A stretch of 64,000 nt of DNA from Eledone cirrhosa (GCA_964016885.1 OZ024748.1:7564001-7628000), one strand, 5' to 3'. Numbered from the stretch's first letter, positions 1 to 13,894 are shown. Notes: generated by a model from the sequence alone, not told the origin. A program made the numbers and translations.

Positions 1-804
1 TTAACACTGTGTTAAGCTAATCCGCTTACTGTAAGCTTTGTTTGTCGGTAAGGACAAGTTTAGCTTCCAGTAACCGGGTCCTTGTCTATGGGTTCTATCA
101 AGGTTGACCACTCCGGTCACCAAATTGTGATCCGAATAGTCAACCATGAACATTCGTGAACAGCTTAATATGTCCCTATCCTTATTTCTAACTAGGAACC
201 TATCTAGGTACGACCTAGATGTTCCGCTGAGATTAGTCCACGTCCACAGTGGCACAGTCGGAAAATCTAGTCGATATCTATCGGCCAGATCAAATCGGCC
301 GATTAACCGTTTGAGGCTGTTACACTCCCCCCCCCCCTCTATCGGGACATGCCCCTACATAGTCCCAACGTGCATCCAGGATACCATTCCACTAAAAGCA
401 AGGAGCGAGACGTTCCCAGAAAAGTCTCTAGGCGTCGGAAGAAGTCCGTTGCGGTCTCCCAGATGGGGCATACGCTGCCACCAGTCTGAAGGTTCCACCT
501 TCACTACTGCCGACGTCTAGAATCAACCAGTCGACCCTCCGGGTCCAGGTGTACCTTCTTTGTGGCAAGACCCAGGTGTTTTCGCAGCAGAACGACAACC
601 CCCCCCCCCCGGCCGACAGAGAGATGCGTAGATCTCAAAGTCGTCGAGGATGGGGGTCAGTTGGCGCTCGCTGCTGATCCTGGACTCGCAAATAGCCATT
701 ACATCCACTCTGTGTGACCTGAGGTCATTTAAGAGTTTGCCCTGTTTCCAGGACATCCCCAACAAGCCGCGTGCATTCACACATCCAACTCTTATATTGG
801 CCAT
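1..804 (-). pseudogene. Frameshifted LINE ORF2 apurinic-like endonuclease domain
   Basis: MANIRVGCVNARGL...DVMAICES, a frameshift at the poly-C near 600 into GVVVLLRK...DPEGRLV, then WTWTN...SYLDRFLV...DYSDH...GPGYWKLN, all typical L1/Tx1 endonuclease motifs. Confidence 0.88.
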
Positions 805-1560
805 GTTGATGCTGAAGAGATAAAAGGAAGAGGAAAGGAAATTATTTACCTCTTCTGGGGGTGTTGGAAGGGTTGTTTGTTGGAGTGTTGGTTTGTGGTG
901 GGGTGAGGACATCAGTGTGTGTTGGGGTTGGGATGTTTGGTGGGGTGTGGGTGTCTGGTGTGGGGGTGGGGAAACATCTCAATAGGACGTGGTTAAGTGG
1001 TTTGGTGCAGGTGGGCCCCACATCCATTGGATGGTTCTTTTTCAGTGTTATATAGGTTTCCGTTGGGACCCTAATCATCATTAGGTGCGGTTTGCCCGCT
1101 GCGTAGTTGAAAGTGATCCCTTCGGTTTCCACCGAAGGGTTATTGTCTATTGTTTTCATCAAAGTTTTATTGTCCTTGTTAATGTATGTATAGTGTTTTG
1201 TGTTTGTTTTTGTTTGTTGTTCTTGTGCGTGTTTGCGTTTTGTAGTATGTGTTATGTTTTCGGGAGGGGTGGGTTTTTTTGTTTGTGATGTTTGTGATGT
1301 TTGTGCTGGTGGTTGTGTGTTTGTTGCATTTTTGTTAATGTGGTGCCTTTTTTTTTCCTTTTCACCTGTTGGAAGGGTTCTCCCTCGTCGTCACTGGGTG
1401 ACGTTGATACGGAGTCCTCTTCCGTGTTGTTGGGGATGTGTATATTTTGGGGTTTATAGCGTAAATATTTTAGCATTCCACGAACGGACTCGTATAACTA
1501 TAAGAATAATGTAAAATCTCCCAGGGAGAGTCAGCTACAGTCAGTTTGAGGAGGACACAA
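1..1560 (-). mobile_element. Decayed 5' portion of an L1/Tx1-clade non-LTR retrotransposon (ORF1 remnant plus ORF2 endonuclease), running off the window start
   Basis: Minus-strand APE-endonuclease motifs at 1-804, with broken basic/low-complexity ORF pieces upstream (842-1476). The 5' boundary is approximate. Confidence 0.8.
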
Positions 1561-1821
1561 GGCAAGAATTAAACCTCCGACCGAAAGCCGAGTATTAATC
1601 TAACCAGTAAGCCAGGTTGTTTCACATGTGTGTGTGACAGCTCACACCTATGTGTGTGTGTGTGACAGCTCACACCTATGTGTGTGTGTGTGACAGCCCA
1701 CCCCTATGTGTGTGTGTGTGAAAGCTCACACCTATGCAGGTTTAGCAGACCTCCTCCAAGGTATATCTCGTTGGAGGTGTCTTTGGTGATTTAATGATAG
1801 GGACCCCAGTCCTATCATCTC

Positions 1822-1958
1822 ATTTCTACAGCTGAGTAAACTGGAGCAACGTGAAATAAAGTGTCTTGCTCAAGGACACAACGCATCACCCGGTCCGAGA
1901 ACTGAACTCGTAACCTCACGATTGCGAATCCAGCCCGCTAACTACTAAGCCACGCATT
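1822..1958 (-). mobile_element. tRNA-derived SINE family A (head plus CORE/V-like central domain)
   Basis: Minus strand reads GCGTGGCTTAGTAGTTAG...GAGTTCAGTTCTC...GTGTCCTTGAGCAAGACACTT...CTCAGCTG. Copies recur at 2012, 27224 and 28995. Confidence 0.8.
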
Positions 1959-2011
1959 CGTATGTGTGTGTGTGACAGTTCACACCTATGTAGGTTTAAC
2001 TGGCCTCCTCC

Positions 2012-2103
2012 AAGGAAACAACACATCACCCGGACCGAGAATTGAACTCACAACCTTTCGATTGCAAGCCCAAGGCTCTAAACCACTAAGCGATGCGCCT
2101 TCA
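2012..2103 (-). mobile_element. SINE family A head fragment
   Basis: Similar to 1870-1958. Confidence 0.7.
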
Positions 2104-2369
2104 CATGTAGAATGTAATATATAAGATAAAGGTTAATTGCGGTATGGTAGGTTGGTTCACGAAATATTTATTAATGCTCTAGCTATAGTTATGCTCAAGC
2201 TAGGCTAACATAGCCAGCATGACAGATGATTAGGAGAAATTTTTACGAGGTTATAGTGAAAAGTTGGACAGGAACTGGACATAAGTTGGAAGGGAAACGA
2301 TGATCTGTGAGCTCGTTGAATGAAACGTTATAAAGTCAGACACTAATAGAGGTTTACAAGAAAATAACT

Positions 2370-3243
<874 letters not shown>

Positions 3244-3444
3244 GGTAAGAGAAGATGTAGCTCTCCCCGCTGCTAACACTAACTCTCATATAGTTCCCTG
3301 TTACAACATTACTCACCAATGCCGTGGCGTCTTCTAAATACTTTTACGACCAACCAGTCACCGAAAATATCTCACATATGACCAACCAAGCTTCATATCA
3401 AACATTATTAATTTTCACACTTCATTCTACTACCTTGCTATTAC

Positions 3445-3526
<82 letters not shown>

Positions 3527-3643
3527 ATGTGTATATATATATATGTGTGAATATATATTCAAATATATGTGTATATATTCAAATATGTATACATATAATG
3601 TGTGTATATACACATACATACACATACACATACGCACACATAC

Positions 3644-3750
<107 letters not shown>

Positions 3751-3801
3751 CATGGTCATATTTACATAAATATACCTATTTACGTATATATATATATAAA
3801 A

Positions 3802-3843
<42 letters not shown>

Positions 3844-4304
3844 TGAATATAAATATATGTTAATATATATATCCATATATTTATATTTATATATATACAT
3901 ATATTTAGATTTAGATTTTTTCTAAAACAGACTATTTATGTACATATATATATATATATATATGTTAGTGTGTGTGTATGTGTGTGTGCGTTAGTGTGTC
4001 TGTATGATATATGTGTGTGTTTCTGTGTAATGTAGTCGTTCCAACGAAAGTGATACTGATAATAGTCGATCACTATAAAGATAAGGCGACATACCCGGTG
4101 CCTCAGTCTTATTTTTTCCATTTCCAGGTGTATATTACCTGAGTATCTTAATTATTTATAGAGATCAATTATTGTTATAGACATTTAAGTTGGGACGACT
4201 ACATTTCAAACTTCAAATGGTCCAAATATTTCGGAAATCAACCGTATGTTACACACACATGTTAAATGCATATATATATAGATACACAGGCACACACACA
4301 CGAC

Positions 4305-4396
<92 letters not shown>

Positions 4397-4399
<3 letters not shown>

Positions 4400-4589
4400 C
4401 AAAGGAAATGTGGTAAGGAACCAGATGGACCATAACGCACCAGAGTACTCAATACTTAGGGTAGTAGAGTGGGAAATAGGAAAAAGTATGACCCCGACGG
4501 CAGAGCTCAAGCCGTTTCGACGGCTATTTCTGGACCAAAAATTACCGTCGAAACGGCTTGAGCTCTGCCGTCGGGATCATACTTTTTCC

Positions 4590-4592
<3 letters not shown>
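4397..4592 (-). mobile_element. Penelope-like pLTR fragment (family P1) with inverted duplication, in (TA)n
   Basis: Arms 4476-4523 and 4546-4592 are inverted. Carries the hammerhead 3' half GAAACGGC-TTGAGCTCT-GCCGTC. Same family at 7346, 50600, 52553 and 54251. Confidence 0.7.
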
Positions 4593-4645
<53 letters not shown>

Positions 4646-4706
4646 TGGTCGCACAGGCATTAGGATGTGTGTTTTCCTGCCAGCGCCATATCAAATATAT
4701 CGATCT

Positions 4707-4794
4707 TCATCTGAGGAAACCGTTCTCATAATCAACAGCAAATGCATGGAGGACATCTCGATTGAATGGAGAACCGTAGAAATAATTATTATGA
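4707..4794 (+). ncRNA. Hammerhead ribozyme motif (type I, long helix II)
   Basis: TCAT-CTGAGGA-[ACCGTTCTC...GAGAACCGT]-GAAA-TAATTA-TT-ATGA. Confidence 0.6.
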
Positions 4795-4829
4795 TTAAAC
4801 GATATATGTAACCTCAGCATCTTATTTTA

Positions 4830-4872
<43 letters not shown>

Positions 4873-5497
4873 GGAAAATGTTGGACCCCGACGGCAGAGG
4901 TACTCTGGTGCGTTACGGTCCATCTGTTTCCTTACCACACCTCCTTTATATATTATGAGACATCGAACACACACTCTTTCGCTCATGGTCTCTCTCTCTC
5001 TCTCTCTCTCTCACTCTCTCTCTCACTCACTCTCTCTCTCTCTCTCTCTCTCTCTCGCAATCTCTCTCTCTATCTATCTCTGTCTCTCTCTCTCCTCCCA
5101 TTCTCTGTGTATATACATACATATATACTTACATACATACATACATACATACATATATACTATATACATACATACATACATATATACATACATACATACA
5201 TAAATACATATATACATACATACATACATACGTACATACATACATACATACATACATACATACATACATACATGCATACATACATACATACATACATACA
5301 TACATACATACATACATACATACATAGAGATTGGAGGACAGAATCGATGAAGCATAATTGATTGGAATGTCACGGTTGAATTGATTCATTCCTCAGACTT
5401 CTTCTTTACTGCTGCCACTGTAACATAACAGTTACCATTCCATAGACTCTAGCATCGACCATTAGACATCTCTGATAAATCAAACAGATACACAACT

Positions 5498-5556
<59 letters not shown>

Positions 5557-5798
5557 ACAAACCCTCCATCTCAATTCTACTTTTGAAAAGCAGGGAAAGG
5601 TTTTGCGAAACCGGTAAAGGAACCAAATAAATATATATTTTGAAAAAAGACTCCAGTTGCATTTTCGATTTCATCTTTTTTCCTTATACTCTCACTCGTG
5701 TAGGACACCTCGGGTTTCTTTCATTTTGTAAAAAAACCTCACTTTCTAATATATATATATATATATACATCTACACACTGTATCTGTCTATCTATCTA

Positions 5799-5841
<43 letters not shown>

Positions 5842-5905
5842 TTAGTATATTACTAAAGCCCTACAAATTCTTCATTATTTTCAAAATTACTGAAAAATCA
5901 CATAA

Positions 5906-6135
5906 GGTGTCTCTCATTAGAAATATAGTAAGGAAAGGGTTAATGACATAGACAGTGTCTTTAATTAGAAATATGGTAATGAAAGGGTTAATGACATAGA
6001 CAGTGTCTTTCATTAGAAATATGGTAAGGAAAGGGTTAAAGACATAGACAGTGTCTTTCATTAGAAATATGGTAAGGAAAGGGTTAAAGACATAGACAGT
6101 GTCTTTCATTAGAAATATGGAAATGAAAGGAGACA
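5906..6135. repeat. 48-bp minisatellite, about 4.5 copies
   Basis: Unit CATTAGAAATATGGTAAGGAAAGGGTTAAAGACATAGACAGTGTCTTT. Confidence 0.92.
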
Positions 6136-6581
6136 GACACAAGATTCAAGAAGCCAGGCTTGAATGCATAGTTTTAGTCCTACGTTGAAGGGCAACCAAA
6201 TATTTGATGATGGTGTTTGTCGTTGTCTTAGTGATGATGATGATGATGATGATGATGATATTTTGACCTATCTTTCAAGCAGGTCACCACCAGTCGTAGC
6301 AGACGGTAAAGAAGAACAACAACAAAACACAATATAAACAACATCAAATAAAGCAAAAATGAACAACAAAAGAAATCAAAGAAACAAATAAAATACAAAC
6401 ATCACAATGGTGGTCGTTTTTATGGAATATTTTATGATTGTCTTCTTCTTTGGCGGAAAGATAAAAGAATAGACTCGTCCGACATGACACTCTCTTCTGA
6501 CGTCACCGACATACTGACGTCGGTCTAAGTAATGGCTGGACTGGACCATAAATATATATATATACACATCATACATTGATG

Positions 6582-6635
<54 letters not shown>

Positions 6636-6638
<3 letters not shown>

Positions 6639-7162
6639 GATAAATCTACCAAGAGTTTACGGTAGTGTCCAATCCGTATGAAGAACTCAATGTAATCCGG
6701 ATATCATGGAAAGAAGAGATGCAATGAAAAATCACTTTCGGTGAAAGATAAACGGAATACAGAGTCAAGATAAAATATTAAAAAAATAATGAATAAAACA
6801 ATGAAACAGTTCCTTATATTAAACAAAAAAAGTTCATTATTTAAGATCGTTTCTGGGATATATATGTGTTAGAATTGGCATGCATATTTAACAGATCTAT
6901 GTACAAAATTATACAAAATTATACAAACTATCAAAATTAAATATACATACCAACTCATATATATGCCGTCTTCAGAAATAAATGAGTTGGTATGTATATT
7001 TAATTTTGATAGTTTGTATAATTTTGTATAATTTTGTACATAGATCTGTTAAATATACATGCCAATTCTAACACATATATATCCCAGAAACGATCGTTAG
7101 ATAATGAACTTTTTTTGTTTAATATAAGGAACTGTTTCATTGTTTTATTCATTATTTTTTTA

Positions 7163-7170
<8 letters not shown>
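6636..7170 (-). mobile_element. Penelope-like pLTR fragment (family P2) with ~190-bp fold-back, in (TA)n
   Basis: About 6770-6958 is the reverse complement of 6982-7170. Near-identical to 51947-52446. Confidence 0.75.
6837..6981 (-). ncRNA. Hammerhead motif with very long helix II (1-nt deletion in helix III)
   Basis: TTATTT-CTGAAGA-long hairpin-GAAACGATC(G missing)TT-AAATAA. Confidence 0.6.
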
Positions 7171-7239
<69 letters not shown>

Positions 7240-7345
7240 CATACATTGATGATATACATATATATATATGTATGTATATATACGGATCTAGCTGTCGAAA
7301 CGGCCGGAGCTCGGCTGCCGAAGTCCTGACTATTTTCATATATAT

Positions 7346-7544
7346 ATAGGAACAAGTAAGACCCCGACGGCTGTGCTCAAGCCGTTTCGACGGCTAATTC
7401 TGGACTAAGAACAGAATTAGCCGTCGAAACGGCTTGAGCTCAGCCGTCGGGGTCTTACTTGTTCCTATTACCCACTCTACTACCCTAAGTATTGAGTACT
7501 TTGGTGCGTTATGGTCCACCTGGTTCCTTACCACATTTCCTTCG

Positions 7545-7546
<2 letters not shown>
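7346..7546 (+). mobile_element. Family P1 fragment with fold-back
   Basis: Arms 7346-7402 and 7412-7468; the 3' end runs into (TA)n. Confidence 0.7.
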
Positions 7547-7596
<50 letters not shown>

Positions 7597-8141
7597 GGGT
7601 TGTATCAGTTATATTTGCTTCAGATCTGTCTATATATATAGTGTAGTGGCGATGGTGGTAACGAAGCAAATAGAAAAAAGTTTAAATATCTCTGTAAATA
7701 GAAGCTGTTAGCTCCCTTCCTTTCGCCACTGAGTATTACATGCTATGTTTGGCTTGGCTGCTGGGACACCACACCAGCCCACTCCGCTCCCTTCTCTTAG
7801 CCAGTGTGTATTACACGCTATGTTTGGCTGCTGGGACACCACAAGCAGCCCACTCCCACTGCCATTGTATTCTTAATGGAATAATGGGTAACTTCTCGCC
7901 CAATAGAATACCGAATCTGTGTAATTGTTATAATAGAAGACAGATCACAAATGAATACACAGACCTCTCTCTCTCTTTCTCTCTCTCTCTCTATCTCTAT
8001 CTCTCTATCTCCCTCTCTCCCCTTTCGCTCTCTCCCTCTCTCTTTCTCTCTCAAAAACACCAAACAAACACACACGCACAGACTCTCTATCTATCTATCT
8101 ATCCATCTCTATCTCTTTTTATCAATTTCTCGCTCTTCATC

Positions 8142-8183
<42 letters not shown>

Positions 8184-8476
8184 CCCCCACCTCTCTCCCT
8201 CTCTCCCCCCCTCTCTCCCTCTCTCTCTCTCTCTCTTTTACAGACACACACTTAATTTAAGATGATATAGTGTTTGTGTATTTGTGTGTGGAAGTGTGTG
8301 TGTTTGTGTATGTGTGTGAGAGAGAGAAAGAGTGTCCCCACCCAATCGGTGATCATGTCCCCACCCACATTTCACAGTAAAGCCTGGGTGGAGCCTAGTC
8401 CAAGCTCCTTCCTCTGTCTCAAGTAAAAGACATCCACCTGGGTCTAGAAGATGTTTTTGACTCCCATTTATTTCAC

Positions 8477-8622
8477 ATTCACCTCACAACTCTTGCACTC
8501 AGGAGAGGCATTCACCTCACAACTCTTGCACTCAGGAGAGGCATTCACCTCACAACTCTTGCACTCAGGAGAGGCATTCACCTCACAACTCTTGCACTCA
8601 GGAGAGGCATTCACCTCACAAC
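8477..8622. repeat. 33-bp minisatellite, about 4.4 copies
   Basis: Unit ATTCACCTCACAACTCTTGCACTCAGGAGAGGC. Confidence 0.95.
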
Positions 8623-9058
8623 ATCTCACAAATCCTCTTTTCCTATGACAGTCTTTACATGGTTTTTGATTTGCTAGAAATAGTAGTCATTTAGATCTAA
8701 GAACGGAATGGAATAGAAAAAAAGTACTTAACTCTTGATGGGATCGCAGGGGCGCCATCCTAGCACACAACATGATGACTTGTACATGATCCTGTGAGTA
8801 CACAGATAAACTCCAGAGTAACAAGACTCACGATTTAGCCTTAATAAATGTATTTTTAAACTCTACTTCGGTATTGAGTACTCCTTTCTCTCGTTCCTCA
8901 ACCAGAGACGGATATATGTATATATATATACCTATATATATATATGTGTGTTTGTGTGTGTGTGTTTGTGTGTCTGTGTGTTTGATGTTTGTGTGTGTGT
9001 ATATAAGTGAGTGTGTAAGTGAATGTGTATGTAAGTATATGTATATGCATATATACGA

Positions 9059-9141
<83 letters not shown>

Positions 9142-9163
9142 AATATAAGTATATGCATATATA

Positions 9164-9242
<79 letters not shown>

Positions 9243-9709
9243 GTATAGTTCAAAATCAGAAGAAAAAGACAAACGCAAGGTAGAACTACATAGTCTTATT
9301 AGTTTCACGCTTGTATATATGTATATATGTGTGTTTGAGTGTGTCAGCGTGTGTGTGTGTGTCAGCGTGTCAGTGTGTGTGTGTGTGTCAGCGTGTGAGT
9401 GTACGTGTGCGTGCGAAAGTGTGTGTGTGAGTGTACGTGTGAGTGTGTGTGTTCATGCACGCGCGTATATGTAGGTATATATTTGTGCATGTGTGTGTGC
9501 GTGCGTGTGTGTGAAAGAGTGTGAATGTACGTGTGTGCCACTGTATGTGTGTGTGTGTGTGTGTGTGTTTGTATGTGCGTGCATGCACGCATGTATGTGT
9601 GCGTATATATTCGTGTGTATGTGTACATGTGTGTGTGTATGAGTGCGTGTATGAGTGTGTATGTGTGTGTGTGGGTGTGCGCGAATGTGTGGGTATAGAT
9701 ATGTATGTC

Positions 9710-10862
9710 TGCGTGCATGTATGTGTAGTTATATATTTATGTGTGTGTACGTGTATGTGTAGCTATATATTTGTGTGTGTGTGTACATGTATGTGTAGTT
9801 ATATATTTGTGTGTGTGTGTGTGTGTACATGCATGTGCAGTTATATATTTGTGCGTGTGTGTGTGCATGTATGTGTAGTTATATATTTGTGTGTGTGTAC
9901 ATGTATGTGTAGTTATATATTTGTGTGTGTGTGTGTACATGTATGTGTAGCTATATATTTGTGCGTGTGTGTGTGTACATGTATGTATAGTTATATATTT
10001 GTGTGTGTGTGTGTACATGTATGTGTAGTTATATATTTGTGCGTGTGTGTGTACATGTATGTGTAGTTATATATTTGTGCGTGTGTGTGTACATGTATTT
10101 GTAGTTATATATTTGTGCGTGTGTACATGTATGTGTAGTTATATATTTGTGTGTGTGTGTGTGTACATGTATGTGTAGTTATATATTTGTGTGTATGTCT
10201 GCGTGCATGTATGTGTAGTTATATATTTGTGTGTGTGTACATGTATGTGTAGTTATATATTTGTGCGTGTGTGTGTGTGTACATGTATATGTAGTTATAT
10301 ATTTGTATGTCTGCGTGTACATGTATGTGTAGTTATATAGTTGTGTGTATGTGTGTGTACATGTATGTGTAGTTATATATTTGTGCGTGTGTGTGTGTAC
10401 ATGTATGTGTAGTTATATATTTGTGTGTGTACATGTATGTGTAGTTATATATTTGTGTGTGTGTACATGTATGTGTAGTTATATATTTGTGTGTGTACAT
10501 GTATGTGTAGTTATATATTTGTGTGTGTGTACATGTATGTGTAGTTATATAGTTGTGTGTGTGTACATGTATGTGTAGTTATATAGTTGTGTGTGTGTAC
10601 ATGTATGTGTAGTTATATATTTGTGTGTGTACATGTATGTGTAGTTATATATTTGTGTGTGTGTACATGTATGTGTAGTTATATATGTGTGTGTGTGTAC
10701 ATGTATGTGTAGTTATATGTGTGTGTGTGTGTGTGTACATGTATGTGTAGTTATATGTGTGTGTGTGTGTGTGTGTACATGTATGTGTAGTTATATATTT
10801 GTGTGTGTGTGTACATGTATGTGTAGTTATATGTGTGTGTGTGTGTGTGTACATGTATGTGT
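9710..10862. repeat. Minisatellite with constant core and variable (GT)n
   Basis: GTACATGTATGTGTAGTTATATATTT(GT)n repeated about 30 times. Confidence 0.93.
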
Positions 10863-10996
10863 GTGTATGTCTAAGTCGGTGTATTCTTGCCACTTCGTTC
10901 CATTTCGTGTGCAGTTCTTATGCAAATCAGTTTTTAATGGACAGAAGGACCGGATATTGGTTTACAGCATATCTTAGAACAGACACAGTGAAGGGA

Positions 10997-11029
10997 TGGT
11001 GGTGGTGGTGGTGGTGGTGGTGGTGGTGG

Positions 11030-11066
<37 letters not shown>

Positions 11067-11338
11067 AGAGGTGAGGGTGTTAGTTATGGTGGTGGTGGTG
11101 GTGAGGGTGTTAGTTATGGTGGTGGTGGTGGTGGTGCTGCTGCTGCTGCTGCTGGTGGTAGAGGTGAGGGTGTTAGTTATGATGGTGGTGATGATGGTGA
11201 TGGTGGTGGTAGTGGTGAGGGTGTTAGTTATGGTGGTGGTGGTGGTGGTGAGGGTGTTAGTTATGGTGGTGGTGGTGGTGGTGAGGGTGTTAGTTATGAT
11301 GGTGGTGGTGGTGAGGGTGTTAGTTATGATGGTGGTGT
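10997..11338. repeat. (GGT)n/(GCT)n compound repeat with GAGGGTGTTAGTTAT unit
   Basis: Direct reading. Confidence 0.9.
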
Positions 11339-11424
11339 GAAGTTTTTTCTGCCTTTTTTTCCTCTCACCACTAATTCCCAATATAATATTATACTCACTA
11401 CTACTACTACTACCACTACTACTT

Positions 11425-11478
<54 letters not shown>

Positions 11479-11669
11479 ATATTACTACTACAATATATAT
11501 ATATATATTGTTATCTTTAGGGAAGTCATATTGTTATAATATTGCCAGAAATAATAACAGAACACACTCACTGTTTGGTTTGGATTAGTTTTCGCTTCTG
11601 TATCTTTTATATCTCTATGGTTAATTTAGCTGGCAATCAATGATAAACATTGATTGACCAACGGTTAAA

Positions 11670-11700
<31 letters not shown>

Positions 11701-11861
11701 ATCAAAGTTCTTTCATCACACACCTGTGACATCATCAGTGGTTCTATTGTGTTTCCTCCTGTTGTATTGTAATATTTAAATTAACTGAGAAAAAATTCAA
11801 TTATGTGAGTACAAACAAGATAGGCAAAAAAATATTCTATCTAAATTTACTTATATATAGA

Positions 11862-11944
11862 TCTCCCTACCATGGTTTCATATGAGGAAGAATTCTTATT
11901 GAAACCACCAATAATTGAAGAAACCATCTTACTCTTCAGAGAAT
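11862..11944 (-). ncRNA. Degenerate hammerhead-like motif
   Basis: CTGAAGA...GAAAC-CATG-GTA, with a weak helix I (TTCT/GGGA). Confidence 0.35.
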
Positions 11945-12734
11945 TTTAATTCTTCAAAATCTAAGAGAAATTGACCCTGAAATCATACATTCTGTTCCAT
12001 TTGCCGAGGCAGCATCCTAGAAACACGGGTAGTTATGTGATCAAAATTGCCCTAGTATATTAGGACTATGTTACAAGCCTCATCCTTGTGATAAGGGTAC
12101 ATGAACTGCAGCTCTGTAGTCAGCTTCTGGGTAATGGTCAGACGAGGATTCGAGATCTACCGACCTCACATTTATCTTGACCTGAGTCGTAGACATATTG
12201 TCGAGTACCTCAAACAGATTGTCTAAGTTACCAGACCCTTATCAATAAGGATATGAAGGAACCAAACCAAATATTAGATAATGTATGATGTTCTATCTTC
12301 ACGTTCAAAGTTAATAAATGATGGAAAAATTACAAGAATGAGATATTTTTATCGCTTCATCAGAGCAAAAAAGGATATTATCAGTGAGATATTTCAGTGT
12401 ACCCCAGGTTGGTGTATGGAGGGAGTTTTATTCTAACTAGAGACTTGTTAGAATGCTTTAAATGACTCACCTAAATACATCCGAGAACCAGATGATGGAA
12501 GTACCCCGGGTGAAGGACTAAGTGGTGATATTACACCCGGTTAGGAGCAGATATTGGTATTAAATCGGGTGAGGGACAAGGTGGTTGTATTATACAGGGT
12601 GTGGGGTTAACTCTCCACCCAAGGAGGCCACTACAGGACTTGAACTCAAACACGTGAAGCCGAAAGAAATACCGCCTCTCAAGACAATGTCTATCTAACA
12701 ATTCCACAATTCCTGGATTGTTAGTCTATTTGTC

Positions 12735-12845
12735 GACCCAGGAACGCTAAAAGGCAAAATAGACATCGGGGGGATTTGAACTCAGAGTGCAGAAAACCAG
12801 AATAAATACCGCAAGGTATTTTGTCTAATTCTCTAATGGTTTTGC
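12735..12845 (-). mobile_element. Degenerate SINE family B
   Basis: TCGACCC...AAAGGCAAA...GGGATTTGAACTCAG. Confidence 0.6.
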
Positions 12846-13207
12846 TATTTTTATTGTGAAAGTAAATGTAAGAATGACTGAGTAACAGTGATTGTGACTG
12901 GGGGAGAAAGTGAAGTCTCGTCTGTTTGTTTCTTTTTTTTTTTGTTATTTTTATTTGTTTTGTTTTTTACATTTATCTATTTTGTTTATTTATTTATCTA
13001 TTTCGTCATTTATTTATTTGTTTATTTGTTTATTCATTTTTAGTTTGGTTTGTTTGTTGGTTTGTTTGTTTGTTTGTTTGACAGGGCTGAACGAAGTTGA
13101 GAATTTTCGTTGAGCTGACTGAACCAATGACGAGGAAGGGAGAATGTTGGTGGTGGGAGGAGGGGGGTGCCTGTCAAGACTGACAGTTAATTCATATAGA
13201 GAGATAA

Positions 13208-13650
13208 GCTGGTTGGCTGGTTGGCTGGTTGGCTGGTTGGCTGGTTGGCTAGGTGGCTGGCTGGTTGGCTGGCTGGCTGGTTGGCTGGTTGGCTGGTTGG
13301 TTAGGTGGCTGGCTGGCTGGTTGGCTGGTTGGCTGGTTGGCTGGTTGGATGGATGGTTAGGTGGCTGGTTGGTTAGGTGGCTGGCTGGTTGGCTGGCTGG
13401 TTGGCTGGATGGATAGTTGGCTGGTTGGCTGGTTGGATGGTTGGCTGATTGGTTAGGTGGCTGGATGGTTGGATGGTTAGGTGGTTAGGTGGCTGGCTAG
13501 GTGGCTGGTTGGCTGGTTGGTTAGGTGGCTGGCTAGGTGGCTGGTTGGCTGGTTGGTTAGGTGGCTGGCTAGGTGGCTGGTTGGCTGGTTGGCTGGTTAG
13601 GTGGCTGGCTAGGTGGCTGGTTGGCTGGTTAGGGGGTTGGCTAGCTGGTT
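13208..13650. repeat. (GGCT/GGTT)n tetranucleotide repeat
   Basis: Direct reading. Confidence 0.95.
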
Positions 13651-13894
13651 CAGTAGTGAAGGGTGTTGGGTTCGATGGAAAGTGTAGGTAGTGGTGGTGG
13701 TGGTGGTGGTGGTTGGGGTAATGGTTTGTGTGTGATTCCGTTGCCAATGACTCACTCAGAAATTGTAAAAGCGATTCCACGTTTTGAGCAACGTTGACAT
13801 GAAATTGGCGTCTTTTTAGAATGGCCACCAGACAGACATCTGTGTAGACAGAGGCACCAAGATGGAATGAAACACACATACCATACGTGTCTTC

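Noticed and set aside
146-520. 124-aa plus-strand ORF
   Set aside because: Antisense to the LINE endonuclease.
9710-10862. Repeat-spacer appearance
   Set aside because: The spacers are only variable-length (GT)n slippage products.
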